DNA of 64,000 nt from Candidatus Omnitrophota bacterium (GCA_043826565.1 JBDRPX010000034.1:1096-65095); one strand, 5' to 3'; positions 49,849 through 60,634 are shown, numbered from the stretch's first letter. The notes: generated by a model not told the origin, from the sequence alone. A program made the numbers and translations.

Positions 49849-51126
49849 TTAAAACTTCAATACCATATCTATCTGATATAAATCCTGATCATACTTTGTA
49901 GTTCCGGCTATTGATTCAGTTTTGTAATAATCAAACCCTAGAATTACGTTTTTAGCTACGGCATACTGCATAATAAATTCATAGCCTTTAGCATTTGTCT
50001 GCCCGCCTAAGAAATCAGAATCCGGTAAAAAGTCCGGCCAGGCATCTTTTTCCAGTTCCCGATAAAGCACTTTTGACTGCCAGGTGCCGGGATTCTTAAC
50101 CTTCTTATCCCCGAATTTGATCCCCGCCAGATAACCTGTATTATCCGTAGAAGGGTCGCTATTGCTGATATAGTCACCGAATACCGCGACATAATTAATG
50201 ATCTCATCAACTTCCGCGTCTTCCTGTAAATTCACTCCTAATTCCGTGCTGAACCCTACGGAATCATAATCATACTTAAATGATGCCGGCGTTGTGCTGG
50301 TACTGTTTGTGCCGCCGCCGTCAACAATATTAGAATATGGAAGCCCTTCAATAGAATTAAAAGTGTAATAATTCAAAGAACTCTTTAAAGTCACGCTTTC
50401 ATTAGCTTCCCAAATAAATCCCGGCTGAAAAATAAACATCGACGGTTCCGCTCCGCTGCTTACTTCATCAATAATAAAATAACCGGTATTCAGAAAAATT
50501 TCGGTTGACGAATCCAAAGGTAAATTACTCTTAACAAAAACACCTTCCGGGTTAATATCTCCGTCCCAAAGCAGGTCGGAAGCCAGCCATAAAGTGTTTT
50601 TCAGTTTGATCTTTCCGCCCATGACATCGACATTGTTATTTAAAGCATATGTCCCGAACGCATAATCAAGCATAATCCCTTTGGAAGAAAAATTATCCTG
50701 AAATGTCTGATTAGTTGAACGCGGGTCTGTACCGCCGGAAGCTAAACCAAAATCAACTTTCCAGCCATCGGTAACTCGGGCTTCGGCACCCAAACGAAAC
50801 CGCACTCTGGCTCTTTCTCTTTTCGCTTTGGTAACTCCGGAAGTTTTGGCCGTATCTTTTTCTTCATTCTGATAACGCAATCTCAAATCGCCTTTGAACT
50901 TCATGGTTTGGATCCAGGCCGGCAGCGTTCCTGATTTTCCTTCGGCAATTTCTTTAGCTACCGCTGTTTTGGTTTCATCAAGCAATATTTGAGCTTCCAC
51001 CGGGCTAAGCACATCTTTCTCCACTAATTTATTAACAAGCAGATCCACTTCTCCGGCAAAAGTCTTACCGCAGACAGCCGATAAAGCAATACTCAGCATA
51101 ATTGTTAAAAACACTATTTTCTTCAT
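49849..51126 (-). CDS. Putative outer-membrane porin (Pho-regulated)
   Basis: Signal peptide, FKGDLRLRYQ, DLLWDGDINPEG, alternating beta-strands, C-terminal Phe; within the pst locus. Confidence 0.8.
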   Translation of the reverse strand: MKKIVFLTIMLSIALSAVCGKTFAGEVDLLVNKLVEKDVLSPVEAQILLDETKTAVAKEIAEGKSGTLPAWIQTMKFKGDLRLRYQNEEKDTAKTSGVTKAKRERARVRFRLGAEARVTDGWKVDFGLASGGTDPRSTNQTFQDNFSSKGIMLDYAFGTYALNNNVDVMGGKIKLKNTLWLASDLLWDGDINPEGVFVKSNLPLDSSTEIFLNTGYFIIDEVSSGAEPSMFIFQPGFIWEANESVTLKSSLNYYTFNSIEGLPYSNIVDGGGTNSTSTTPASFKYDYDSVGFSTELGVNLQEDAEVDEIINYVAVFGDYISNSDPSTDNTGYLAGIKFGDKKVKNPGTWQSKVLYRELEKDAWPDFLPDSDFLGGQTNAKGYEFIMQYAVAKNVILGFDYYKTESIAGTTKYDQDLYQIDMVLKF

Positions 51127-51144
51127 TATTAAAACCTCCTTTAA

Positions 51145-51393
51145 TTAATTACTGCATTCTTTTCTGAAACGATGTATATTTTTCTCAATATGTCTCATCG
51201 ATTCTTTAAAATACCAACCGTTATATCTTTTAGCGTTTTCAACACTGCTTAATACATTATTCAATGTCGTAAGCTGTAAACGCAGAAATCTAGCCATATA
51301 ATCCTGCTGCAATCTTGAAAGTTTTTTAACTTCTCTTTCTGATTGTCTATGAAAATTCTGAGCAAAAATCATATGACCCATGTTAAAATCCAT
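51145..51393 (-). CDS. Small hypothetical protein
   Basis: AAGGAGGT RBS and ATG; downstream of a Pho box. Confidence 0.55.
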   Translation of the reverse strand: MDFNMGHMIFAQNFHRQSEREVKKLSRLQQDYMARFLRLQLTTLNNVLSSVENAKRYNGWYFKESMRHIEKNIHRFRKECSN

Positions 51394-51445
51394 TCTTCAC
51401 CTCCTTTCCTTTCTTTGTTCTCAAGATAAAGGATACAATCATTAT

Positions 51446-51472
51446 GTGAAGAACATATGACAAACAAGTAAA
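51446..51472 (-). promoter_or_regulatory. Candidate Pho box for the porin/pst operon
   Basis: GTGAA, ATGAC and GTAAA half-sites at 51446, 51457 and 51468 (11-bp period). Confidence 0.55.
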
Positions 51473-51489
51473 GATTTGATATTATGGGT

Positions 51490-53277
51490 TTAAGCTTGAG
51501 GAATGGTAAAACTAAAGGTCGAGCCCTGTTCTTCCAAGCTCTCAACAGAGACTTCGCCATCATGGGACTGGATAATATGTTTGGCAATGGAAAGCCCTAA
51601 ACCGGTACCGCCTAATTCGCGGGAACGCGCTTTATCGACCCGGTAAAAACGCTCAAAAAGACGAGGCATATCTTTCGGCGGGATACCGATCCCGGTATCC
51701 TGAATATCCACCTGAATAAATTTATTTATTGCACAAGCAGAGATAGATATTTCACCGTTTGGACGGTTATACTTTATCGCATTATCAATAAAATTAAGTA
51801 AAACCTGTTTTATTCTGGTTTCATCAACAAAAATATCCGGCAAATTTTTCGGAATGTTAATTTTCGCAATGATTGATTTTTCATCTATCTGCTGTTTTAA
51901 ACTGGAGACAACCTTCTCAATAATCGGTAATAATTTACAAGCCTTCTTCTCCATCAAAAGCTTACCGGACTCTATGCGGGAAAGATTAAGCAGATCATCA
52001 ATCAGGTTCGCCAAACGATTTGAATCAGCCAGAATAATCTCCAGAAAATCCCGGGCATTATCCTGATCCTTAATCGCTCCGGAGAGTAAAGTCTCGGCAA
52101 AACCTTTAATACTGGATATGGGAGTTCTTAGTTCGTGCGATACATTCGCCACAAAATCCTGCCGGATCTTTTCCAGCTTTCTTAGGTTTGTCACGTCATG
52201 GAAAACTAAAACCGCGCCTTCAATGTTTTTATTTTTTTTAATCTGAGTCGCGTGTATTAGTAATACTTTTTCTTCGGGGAGCAAAGTCGCGATCTCTTTG
52301 GAAACAAGCCCCTCTTGAGTATGCAGTGTTTTATCAACTATTTCCTGTATCTGCAGATTGCGGATCACTTCAATTGGATCTCTCCCTGAATAATCTTCCT
52401 CAATATTCAGCAGTTTGATCAGCGACTGGTTAATTAATAAAATTTTTCCTTCGCAATCAACAACCATAACTCCTTCGACCATGCTTAAAAAAATCGCTTC
52501 TAAACGGGACTTGCTTTCGTTTACTTCTTCGATTCTCAATTTTACCTGCTCAGACATATTATTAAAAGCCGCAGCCAGGTCTCCGATCTCATCATTGGAT
52601 CTAAGATATATTTTTTTAGAATAATTCCCTCGCGCAATATCCTGCGCTGCCCAGGATATTTCACTTATCGGCCGCGAAATAAACAAAGAAGCCCAATAAC
52701 TAACTAACACAGCCAAAATAAACGCAGCTAAAAGAGAAACTACCAAAAGATGCTTTAAGTGCCTTAATAAATCATCTATTTCCGAAAGCGGCATAGCTAA
52801 ACGAATAATACCTTGGGTATCATTCTTATTAAATACCACAGCGATATAAAGAAGATCTTTTTGTATGGTCGTACTAAATCTCCGGACTTGGCCAATCCCG
52901 GACGCAAGAGCTTGCTGTACTTCCGGCCGGTAGAGATGGTTTTCTACATTAACCAGAGCGTCTCCGGATAAATCAGAATCACCGTAAACAATGCCGTCAA
53001 GACCGATAATTGTAACCCTGAGATCTAGATCTTTGCCAATCGTATCTGCGATTGCATCTAAATCATAAGATTTGGCATTCGCTACCGGAACATCTGCTAA
53101 ATACGATTTACTCAATTCCAGTTCTTTAATAAGATTAGTTTTTATCCGGTTATAGGTATACTTTTGAAGATTATTGCTTAGGTAAAGAAAAACTCCCCAA
53201 AGAATAATCGCGCTGATTATCATAAAAATAAAAGTAGTTTTATGATGGATATTGATCCGCACCCTAATCTCCTTCAT
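51490..53277 (-). CDS. phoR: Phosphate sensor histidine kinase
   Basis: 2 TM, HAMP, PAS, FVANVSHELRTP, FERFYRVDKARSRELGGTGLGL. Confidence 0.93.
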   Translation of the reverse strand: MKEIRVRINIHHKTTFIFMIISAIILWGVFLYLSNNLQKYTYNRIKTNLIKELELSKSYLADVPVANAKSYDLDAIADTIGKDLDLRVTIIGLDGIVYGDSDLSGDALVNVENHLYRPEVQQALASGIGQVRRFSTTIQKDLLYIAVVFNKNDTQGIIRLAMPLSEIDDLLRHLKHLLVVSLLAAFILAVLVSYWASLFISRPISEISWAAQDIARGNYSKKIYLRSNDEIGDLAAAFNNMSEQVKLRIEEVNESKSRLEAIFLSMVEGVMVVDCEGKILLINQSLIKLLNIEEDYSGRDPIEVIRNLQIQEIVDKTLHTQEGLVSKEIATLLPEEKVLLIHATQIKKNKNIEGAVLVFHDVTNLRKLEKIRQDFVANVSHELRTPISSIKGFAETLLSGAIKDQDNARDFLEIILADSNRLANLIDDLLNLSRIESGKLLMEKKACKLLPIIEKVVSSLKQQIDEKSIIAKINIPKNLPDIFVDETRIKQVLLNFIDNAIKYNRPNGEISISACAINKFIQVDIQDTGIGIPPKDMPRLFERFYRVDKARSRELGGTGLGLSIAKHIIQSHDGEVSVESLEEQGSTFSFTIPQA

Positions 53278-53953
53278 CGAATCGATAGCCGATACCTCGG
53301 ACAGTTTCGATCAACTTGCCGGCTTTACCTAATTTTTCCCTGAGACGTTTTATATGTGTATCAATGGTGCGCGTGGTAACATCCGAAGCCATATCCCAAA
53401 CATTTTCCAGTAATGCATCTCTGGATTGAACCCGGCCCTTTTTTTTAATAAGCATAACTAAAAGTTTAAATTCCAGATGAGTTAAAACCACTTCTTTTTT
53501 GTCTACTGTTACTTTATGGCGGGAAATATCCACAATTATTTTATCCACTGTTAAGATATCTTTTTCATTTTCCTGTGGTTTTCCGCGTTTCAAGACAGCT
53601 TTTACCCTTAAAATAAGCACTCGGGGGCTAAACGGCTTAACCACATAATCGTCTGCGCCTAATTCAAAACCCACGACTTTATCCACTTCTTCACCCTTAG
53701 CTGTAAGCATGATAACAGGAATTTTCGCCATGTTCTTGTTTTGCTTGATCTGCCGGCAAGTTTCAAACCCATCCATTTTCGGTAGCATAATATCCAAGAT
53801 GATCAGATCAATTGATTCTCGATCTAAAATTTCCAAAGCATCTTCACCAGTTATCGTTAATGTGCAATCAAATCCGGCTTTTTCTAAATTATACTTAATA
53901 AGCTTGGAAATATGCTTATCATCTTCAACCACAAGAATTTTTTGCTTCGTCAC
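53264..53953 (-). CDS. phoB: Phosphate regulon response regulator (PhoB/PhoP)
   Basis: Receiver + OmpR wHTH (RTIDTHIKRLREKL, TVRGIGYRF); GTG 53953 after AGGAG. Confidence 0.9.
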   Translation of the reverse strand: MTKQKILVVEDDKHISKLIKYNLEKAGFDCTLTITGEDALEILDRESIDLIILDIMLPKMDGFETCRQIKQNKNMAKIPVIMLTAKGEEVDKVVGFELGADDYVVKPFSPRVLILRVKAVLKRGKPQENEKDILTVDKIIVDISRHKVTVDKKEVVLTHLEFKLLVMLIKKKGRVQSRDALLENVWDMASDVTTRTIDTHIKRLREKLGKAGKLIETVRGIGYRFDEGD

Positions 53954-54010
53954 GTTTATCTCTCCTAATTGTTTATCCTTGTACTGCATCATATATTATC
54001 TAATATTAAC

Positions 54011-54048
54011 ATGAAATTCAAGTTACGGTTTTGTGACCTTTTTGTGAA
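54011..54048 (-). promoter_or_regulatory. Candidate Pho box upstream of phoB
   Basis: ATGAA, GTTAC, GTGAC and GTGAA at 54011, 54022, 54033 and 54044 (11-bp period). Confidence 0.6.
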
Positions 54049-54058
54049 TCTTCCAATT

Positions 54059-54499
54059 TTATTTTCCTTTGGAATCTTTTTTCTTTTTTTTCTTTAAACT
54101 CAGGCTGTATTTGCCCGCGCCGATTAGAATAAAGCTTAAGAAAACAATACCCAGCTCAATCGCATGCGAAGCTCCGGCAAAACCATCCCCATTTTTAAAA
54201 TGAAAAATCGCGGCCACAGTCATGGTGACTGACAGCAAAACACAAGCCGATTTAAGCATAAACCCCGTGATCAAACATATTCCCCCAACCATTTCCGAAA
54301 AAGCCGCCATAAAACCCCAGAAAGCCGGGGCAAAAGTAATTCCCAGATTAGCCATAGCCTTGCCTAATCCCGCCCATTGTTCCGGTCCGGCGAGAATTTT
54401 CGGCCACCCGTGAATAATAAACATTATTCCCAACCCAACCCGCAGGATCAACAACCCCGCATCCCGATACTTATCCCCAACATTAGCCTTCATAAGCAC
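54059..54499 (-). CDS. DoxX family membrane protein
   Basis: LLILRVGLGIMFIIHGWPK, EMVGG, GAGKYSL. Confidence 0.88.
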   Translation of the reverse strand: MLMKANVGDKYRDAGLLILRVGLGIMFIIHGWPKILAGPEQWAGLGKAMANLGITFAPAFWGFMAAFSEMVGGICLITGFMLKSACVLLSVTMTVAAIFHFKNGDGFAGASHAIELGIVFLSFILIGAGKYSLSLKKKKKKDSKGK

Positions 54500-54581
54500 C
54501 TCCTGGTATTTTTAAACATATTCCCAAAGTATAGGTTAATTCAATATTTATCAGTAAGTTTTTCTAAATAACCTACTTTAT

Positions 54582-54744
54582 AAGTCAAAAATCAAAAGGT
54601 AAAATTCAAAAATTCAATTCAAAATTTAAAACTTACTTATTATCATAAATTCATGTTATTAAAAATAAAGGGAATTAAAATCTTTTTTGATTATTTTTGA
54701 CTTTTAACTTGCACTTTTGAGTTTTGACCTTTGACTTTTGAATT
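54582..54744. repeat. Heptamer-armed inverted repeat element (TCAAAA / TTTTGA-type)
   Basis: Same architecture and right arm as 41249-41439. Confidence 0.75.
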
Positions 54745-54758
54745 CCCTACTCTTGACA

Positions 54759-55877
54759 TTACCTATTTAATAGATTGCTAATAATTCCCAATTTATTTTT
54801 AAGCGTTACGGAACGAAAAATACACATCAGATAATGCAGTTTAACTGCCAAAAATCCCTTTACCTTAAACCCCAGCACAATACCGCAGGCTTTATTATTC
54901 GCCATGGGAATAATATAACCTAAATCCCGGGGGCTATATTTCAAAAACGTCAGCTTATCCATATTTCTGATCACATTCATAGCCGCGGTCTCTCCCTGCA
55001 TAATCGCGAACTGAACCGACATGCGCAAAGCAGCAGGATCCTGCTTAAAATGCGCTGTATCTCCGCAGCAAAAGCAATTATTGCTTAAACGCAGGTATTC
55101 ATCGACAAATATCCTGCCCTGAGAATCAACATCCGCGGTAATATTTTTTAGAAAATCCTGAGCTTTCACTCCCGCCGCCCAGATCAGCATAGCTTTATCA
55201 AAGCACTCTTTGTTCTTAAGCACAACCTTATTCTCTAAAGCGGATTCTACCTCTGAATCCACCCGCATTTCCACACCAAGGGCAGATAAATTATTAATAA
55301 CATACTCCCGCATATATTCGGGAACCAGGCCCAGGAATTTCTTGGATTTTTCGATGATAATAATTTTTTTAGTTTTTCTTTTCCTTATAAAATAACGATG
55401 GATATTCGTAGCGATCTCAATTCCCGTATAACCGCCGCCGCTAATCACAAAAGTATCAAATTCATCAGAATCTAAATTATTCAAAATGATTTTCGCGTCT
55501 TCAATATCGTCAAGTTTAAACGCGGATTTACTTAGCGGGATATTATTGTAGAAATTAGTTTGGGAGCCCGCGGCAATGATCAGATAATCATAATAAATAT
55601 TTTCTTCAGCAAATGAGACTTTATTTTCTTTAAGATCAATTCCGCTGACACAGCCGTGGATAAACTTAAAGGAAAACTTTTCTGCCAGAACAGCTAACTC
55701 CGCGGATAAAAATTCATAATTTATCCGGCAGCTTAAAATATCCGGCAATAAGGGAAGAAAAACAGTTTCTTTCTTCCGGTCAATCAGCACAACCTCAACC
55801 TGCTCCTTATACTTCTTCAGGTATGCGGCCGCGGCTAGCCCGCTAAATCCTCCGCCGATAATCACGATACGTTTCAT
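54759..55877 (-). CDS. Type II NADH dehydrogenase-like FAD oxidoreductase
   Basis: IIGGGFSG, YDYLIIAAGS, GGGYTGIEIA, IWAAGV, CGD. Confidence 0.8.
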   Translation of the reverse strand: MKRIVIIGGGFSGLAAAAYLKKYKEQVEVVLIDRKKETVFLPLLPDILSCRINYEFLSAELAVLAEKFSFKFIHGCVSGIDLKENKVSFAEENIYYDYLIIAAGSQTNFYNNIPLSKSAFKLDDIEDAKIILNNLDSDEFDTFVISGGGYTGIEIATNIHRYFIRKRKTKKIIIIEKSKKFLGLVPEYMREYVINNLSALGVEMRVDSEVESALENKVVLKNKECFDKAMLIWAAGVKAQDFLKNITADVDSQGRIFVDEYLRLSNNCFCCGDTAHFKQDPAALRMSVQFAIMQGETAAMNVIRNMDKLTFLKYSPRDLGYIIPMANNKACGIVLGFKVKGFLAVKLHYLMCIFRSVTLKNKLGIISNLLNR

Positions 55878-56809
55878 ATTATTAGGTCCAATACTATAAG
55901 TACTCCGGTTACTGTTTGGCTAAGAATCGTTAATTTAGAAGCCTCCACCAGTTTGTCCTTATTATTATAATCCTTTTTGAGAATAGTACCAGCTTTAACG
56001 ACTAAAGGAATACAGACAAGCACTCCCAGGCAGATAAGCGACAATACGCCCCTTTGGATATTTATTAAAACCAAAATCATCCCCGTAAACACCAGAATAT
56101 AATAAAGAACATAAGCATATTCTGCCCCGGTCAGCTTGACCCAGGTGAATTTTTTAGCTTTTAAGTCTTCTTGATAATCCGGCACTTCATTGCAAAAAAG
56201 AATTGCCGCGGTTAATAAGCCGAACGGTACAGACAAAACAAAAGCAGACATACTGGGGAAAATATGGCTTTGAATAAAATATCCTCCCATGACCAGGGCC
56301 GGGCCGAATAAAGTAAAAATAACCGGCTCGCCTAAATACCTATAGGAAAACCGCAAAGGCCCGTGAGAATACGAAACCCCGAGAAACAGAATAATCATAT
56401 AAAATCCAACTACGGACGCGCTCTTTAGCAGAACAATAAGCAAAAACACCGAGAGCAAAGCCAAAGCAAAAACACCGATAGATGCCTTTAAATATGACTT
56501 TTCACTCAAGACTTTTTCCTGGATAAGCTTAGAGCCTCCGAAAAAACCGTAAAATTTCATATCCTGCCAGTCGCAGCCGGATCTTGAATCCGCGTAATCA
56601 TTGATCAAATTAGCACCCAGATGCGTAGCCATCACAGCCGCCAGTCCCACGCTAAACTTAAGGAAATCAATCCTGGCATTAAAAAGAAATGTTCCGGCGA
56701 TAAAAGGCAGGATGCTCGCGGTAATAAACGGAAGCCGTAAAGCCCGGATCCAGCATTTTACCCAACTGATTTTATCTTGAGATATATCCTTCACTTTTAA
56801 TTGTTCCAT
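55874..56809 (-). CDS. UbiA/MenA-family prenyltransferase
   Basis: NLINDYAD...D, NEVPDYQED...KFT, multiple TM helices. Confidence 0.82.
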   Translation of the reverse strand: MEQLKVKDISQDKISWVKCWIRALRLPFITASILPFIAGTFLFNARIDFLKFSVGLAAVMATHLGANLINDYADSRSGCDWQDMKFYGFFGGSKLIQEKVLSEKSYLKASIGVFALALLSVFLLIVLLKSASVVGFYMIILFLGVSYSHGPLRFSYRYLGEPVIFTLFGPALVMGGYFIQSHIFPSMSAFVLSVPFGLLTAAILFCNEVPDYQEDLKAKKFTWVKLTGAEYAYVLYYILVFTGMILVLINIQRGVLSLICLGVLVCIPLVVKAGTILKKDYNNKDKLVEASKLTILSQTVTGVLIVLDLII

Positions 56810-56835
56810 ATTAGTATATATGATATCATAGTCTC

Positions 56836-57873
56836 ATGTTTAACAAACTAAAAAATAAATTAGACTCAGAATTAATAAAATTTATCGCTTATACCAATAT
56901 CCGCTATGGACTTTCCGGGATCTCCCCCCTGCTGTTTGATAATATGAAGCAATTTATTTTACGCGAAGGCAAAAGAATCCGGCCCATACTTTTTATCGTC
57001 GGCTATAAGGGGTTTTCTCAGAAAAATCCCAAAAACCTTTTCCGCAGTGCCCTGGCCATAGAACTTTTACATGACTTCCTGCTGGTCCATGACGACATTG
57101 TGGATAACTCGGACTTGCGCCGGGGTAAACCTTCCATGCATAAATTAATGGAACAAAAAATAAAAAGTAAAAAAGCCGGTTTTTCCGGTAAAGACCTGGC
57201 CATGATCACCGGAGACATCATGTACGCTATTGCTATTGAAGCTTTCCTGGCCATAAATGAAAATCCTCAGCGCAAAGAAGCCGCCTTGCGGAAGTTTATT
57301 GCCACCGCCTGTTATACCGGCTGCGGTGAATTTATTGAACTGCTCTACAGCCTTGAGGATATCAGCAAAATAAAAAAAGACCAGATCTATAAGATCTATG
57401 ATTATAAAACCGCTTATTATACTTTCACCGCTCCTTTGATCACCGGAGCGATCTTAGCCGGCGCATCAAAAAAGCAAACTGATAAACTGCATAAATTCGG
57501 CATAGCTTTGGGCCGGGCGTTTCAGATCAAAGACGATATTCTCGGCATATTTGCCCAGGAAGCAAAAACCGGAAAATCAAGCTTAAGTGATCTGCAGGAA
57601 GCTAAAAAAACCCTGCTTATCTGGCATGCTTACACTCATGCGAATACAAGAGAGAAAAATCAGCTTAAAAAAATCCTCGGCAAAACCAAGATCACCCTAA
57701 AAGACCTTGAGATTAGCCGTAAGATAATTATTAATACCAAAAGTCTGGAATACGCGAAAACTCAGATCAGGATTTTATTAGGACAGGCGCAAACAACGAT
57801 GCGGGATTTAAATATGCGTCCGGTATATAAAAAAGCACTTCTTGATTATACCCAGCGCATATTAAACATCTAA
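56836..57873 (+). CDS. Polyprenyl diphosphate synthase
   Basis: GKRIRP, LVHDDIVD..DLRRG, KTAYY, FQIKDD. Confidence 0.92.
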   Translation: MFNKLKNKLDSELIKFIAYTNIRYGLSGISPLLFDNMKQFILREGKRIRPILFIVGYKGFSQKNPKNLFRSALAIELLHDFLLVHDDIVDNSDLRRGKPSMHKLMEQKIKSKKAGFSGKDLAMITGDIMYAIAIEAFLAINENPQRKEAALRKFIATACYTGCGEFIELLYSLEDISKIKKDQIYKIYDYKTAYYTFTAPLITGAILAGASKKQTDKLHKFGIALGRAFQIKDDILGIFAQEAKTGKSSLSDLQEAKKTLLIWHAYTHANTREKNQLKKILGKTKITLKDLEISRKIIINTKSLEYAKTQIRILLGQAQTTMRDLNMRPVYKKALLDYTQRILNI

Positions 57874-57876
57874 AGT

Positions 57877-58737
57877 TTACTTCAGAGAAGTTTCAACCTC
57901 ATTAGCCAGATAATTTTTCGGGTCTTTTTCTAAAGCCATACGCAAATATTTTTTTAAATTCTCCATATCCCCCTGACGCTGATATACCTGGCCCAGACGT
58001 ACATAAGCGTCAATAATATGCGGATCAAGCTCTATTGTTTTTTTTAAATATTCTTCGGCTTTATCAATATCCCCTCCGGCAATGGCCGGAGCCAGTAAAT
58101 AAAAACTTCCCAAACCAAAATAAACTCCGGGAAATTCCGGGAGCAGGCTTCTCGCTCTTTTTAAATTAGGAAATACCTGTAATCCATAAACCGCTTTGGC
58201 GATCGGCCCTCCGGTATCCGCAAGCATGCCCTTAGCTCCGGCGCAAATTAAATAAGCCCGCGTATAATTACTAATATCCACATTTTCTTTTCCCTGCCGG
58301 ATAACCTGATCCGCCAGCCGGACAGCTTGTTTGTAATTCTTTAAACTGAATTCCAGATAAGCCAGGGTAATATATGCCGGAGAAAATTCCGGATCGGCTT
58401 TAATGATCTCCTGCAGTTTAGTTTGGCTTTCGGCTAAATTATATTCACTTCTTTGTATTTCGCTCATGCCCCATTTAGCTTCGATCGACTGCGGGTTGAT
58501 CTTGAGCATTTTCAAAAATATTGCCTTCGCCTGATCCGGCTTATATTCATTAAGATAAACCAAGGCCAAAACATACAAAGAATCCAGCGAACTTTGATTT
58601 ACCCCGACTAATTCTTCGGCTTGGCTGATATTCAGCTTGTCCGCGGATTCATGGAGCATTTTCCAATCCAGGCCATAGCCATAAACACATTGTCCCAGGC
58701 AGAGAAAAACTAATAAAGTTATTTTAAGTTTTTTCAT
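57877..58737 (-). CDS. Exported TPR protein
   Basis: Signal peptide and TPR repeats. Confidence 0.8.
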   Translation of the reverse strand: MKKLKITLLVFLCLGQCVYGYGLDWKMLHESADKLNISQAEELVGVNQSSLDSLYVLALVYLNEYKPDQAKAIFLKMLKINPQSIEAKWGMSEIQRSEYNLAESQTKLQEIIKADPEFSPAYITLAYLEFSLKNYKQAVRLADQVIRQGKENVDISNYTRAYLICAGAKGMLADTGGPIAKAVYGLQVFPNLKRARSLLPEFPGVYFGLGSFYLLAPAIAGGDIDKAEEYLKKTIELDPHIIDAYVRLGQVYQRQGDMENLKKYLRMALEKDPKNYLANEVETSLK

Positions 58738-58829
58738 AGATTTATGGTAATTATATGTTGATAAATGATAATTGAGTATTGAAAATAGATAATATGGAAA
58801 ATATTTTTGTTTTTACAATGTTTAACTCT

Positions 58830-58934
58830 CTATGGTCTATGGTCTATGGTCTATGGTCTATGGTCTATGGTCTATGGTCTATGGTCTATGGTCTATGGTC
58901 TATGGTCTATGGTCTATGGTCTATGGTCTATGGT
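58830..58934. repeat. Perfect tandem repeat (CTATGGT)x15
   Basis: 105 bp counted directly; includes the stop codon of the radical SAM gene. Confidence 0.97.
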
Positions 58935-60540
58935 CAGCTTCTAACATATTTAACTTAATTACTGGTTCTTTCTTTTTATTTAAATGGCCTTGCGCGGATT
59001 GGACCTTTTGCAAAAAATTGTCTTTCTTAAATCCCGCTTTCCATTTTTTTAAAACGATCCAGCCGCCGAAACGAATCAAAGAATTACGCCACGGCCGATA
59101 CCATCTTCGCCATCCGGCCCGGATATTATGCAAAAAGAAAACTAGTGAAGGAAAGGAAAATATATTCAGCCCGATCATAAACATATATTTAAACTCATAA
59201 AACCGGCCCATGATTTTTTTAACCGAATAAAGCATATCTTCGGCACTCAGCGGTTCATCCGGGGTAAATAGCGGAAAATTCCCGTCATAATATTCCCAGC
59301 CCACATCCGCCATAGGATAAACCCGGTTTTGTTTAATTAATCTCTCCCGCAATTCTGTGCCCGGCAAAGGCACCGGCAATAAAACCTGGATCGTGTCCAG
59401 TTTGGCCTTTTGAATAAAGCGCCGGAAATACCGAATGCGTTTTTTCGCGGACATCTTAAAAGAAACATTTTCCTGCATCGGATAACCGAAGATAAACATG
59501 CCGTGGACGAGAAAACCCATTTTACTATACACTCTGGTTAAATTGATCATCTCCCGCGGATTAATATGTTTATTCATGGCATTTAATTCTTCTTCTATCG
59601 GCGATTCATAGCCGATCGCCACCATGTTTACCCCGGCCGCGCGCATGGCTAAAAGAAGCTCGGTATCTTTAGCCTTGTCTAAGCGTATCTGCGTAATTAA
59701 ATCCAGCCTTCGGTTAATGCTTTTCTGGTAATGCGTTAACATGCGGCAAAAACGTATTGTTTCCTCACGCTGCTGGCCAAAAAGGTCATCCACGACAAAG
59801 AAGGCTTTGGCATTTTGCGTTTCGACCAAAGCACTGATCTGCTGAAGCAGCCGCTCCGGAGTGGCGCAGCGCGGTTTATCTCTTACCGTACAAAATTCAC
59901 AATTCATTCCACAGCCGCGGATTCTTTCTACCGGATATACTTTTAAGTCCGCGTAACGCAGCAGCGAAAAATCCGGCAAAGGCAGGCTGTCAAAATCAGT
60001 GATCTTTTCTCTTTCCGGGTTTACAATGATTTTTTCTTTATCTTTATAAGCAATGCCCTTAACCGCACGCAAATCTTTTTTATCTTTTAAGGCCGGGATC
60101 AGCTCTCTGATCGTATACTCACCTTCGCCGATAACCACATAATCAATATTTGAATTTAAAGCTTCCGCGATATTATCCTTAGCAAAATGCTGGCCGCCGG
60201 CAATCGTAATAATGCCTTTGGCTTTATAAAAACCGGCAAGTTCATATAATCGGGGGATGGTACTGGTTAAGCCGCCATAGAAACCAATAATATCCGCGGG
60301 CCTAAGTTTTTGCAGCAGTTCGTGGTCGGCACCTTTTTCCGGATTTTTCGGAGCATTGCGGTGAAGGTTATTTTCATCAATAACCTCAACATCCCAGCCT
60401 TCGATCTCATTGACCACACTGGCAATAGTAATGGGGCCTAAAGCCGTGGTTTTCCTGGCGATACCCGAGTAGATATTAAACGCGGGAAACGCCGGAAGAA
60501 TAATGCGAAATCTATATCTTTTTTTAACCAGATCAACCAT
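58921..60540 (-). CDS. B12-binding-domain radical SAM protein
   Basis: N-terminal cobalamin-binding domain (IAGGQH, VVIGEGE), RGCGMNCEFC, GYES, PLPGT. Confidence 0.9.
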   Translation of the reverse strand: MVDLVKKRYRFRIILPAFPAFNIYSGIARKTTALGPITIASVVNEIEGWDVEVIDENNLHRNAPKNPEKGADHELLQKLRPADIIGFYGGLTSTIPRLYELAGFYKAKGIITIAGGQHFAKDNIAEALNSNIDYVVIGEGEYTIRELIPALKDKKDLRAVKGIAYKDKEKIIVNPEREKITDFDSLPLPDFSLLRYADLKVYPVERIRGCGMNCEFCTVRDKPRCATPERLLQQISALVETQNAKAFFVVDDLFGQQREETIRFCRMLTHYQKSINRRLDLITQIRLDKAKDTELLLAMRAAGVNMVAIGYESPIEEELNAMNKHINPREMINLTRVYSKMGFLVHGMFIFGYPMQENVSFKMSAKKRIRYFRRFIQKAKLDTIQVLLPVPLPGTELRERLIKQNRVYPMADVGWEYYDGNFPLFTPDEPLSAEDMLYSVKKIMGRFYEFKYMFMIGLNIFSFPSLVFFLHNIRAGWRRWYRPWRNSLIRFGGWIVLKKWKAGFKKDNFLQKVQSAQGHLNKKKEPVIKLNMLEADHRP

Positions 60541-60634
60541 TGTATATCCGGGTAATGATTATTGAAAATTGAGTATTGATAATTGAATATTGAAAGTAGA
60601 TAATAGAAAAAATATTTTTACAATGTCCAACTCT

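Noticed and set aside
58832-59200. ORF with MVYGLWS repeats (also 60590-60883, 60637-60828, 60666-60851)
   Set aside because: These are translations of the CTATGGT/CTATTCT tandem repeats, partly antisense to real genes.
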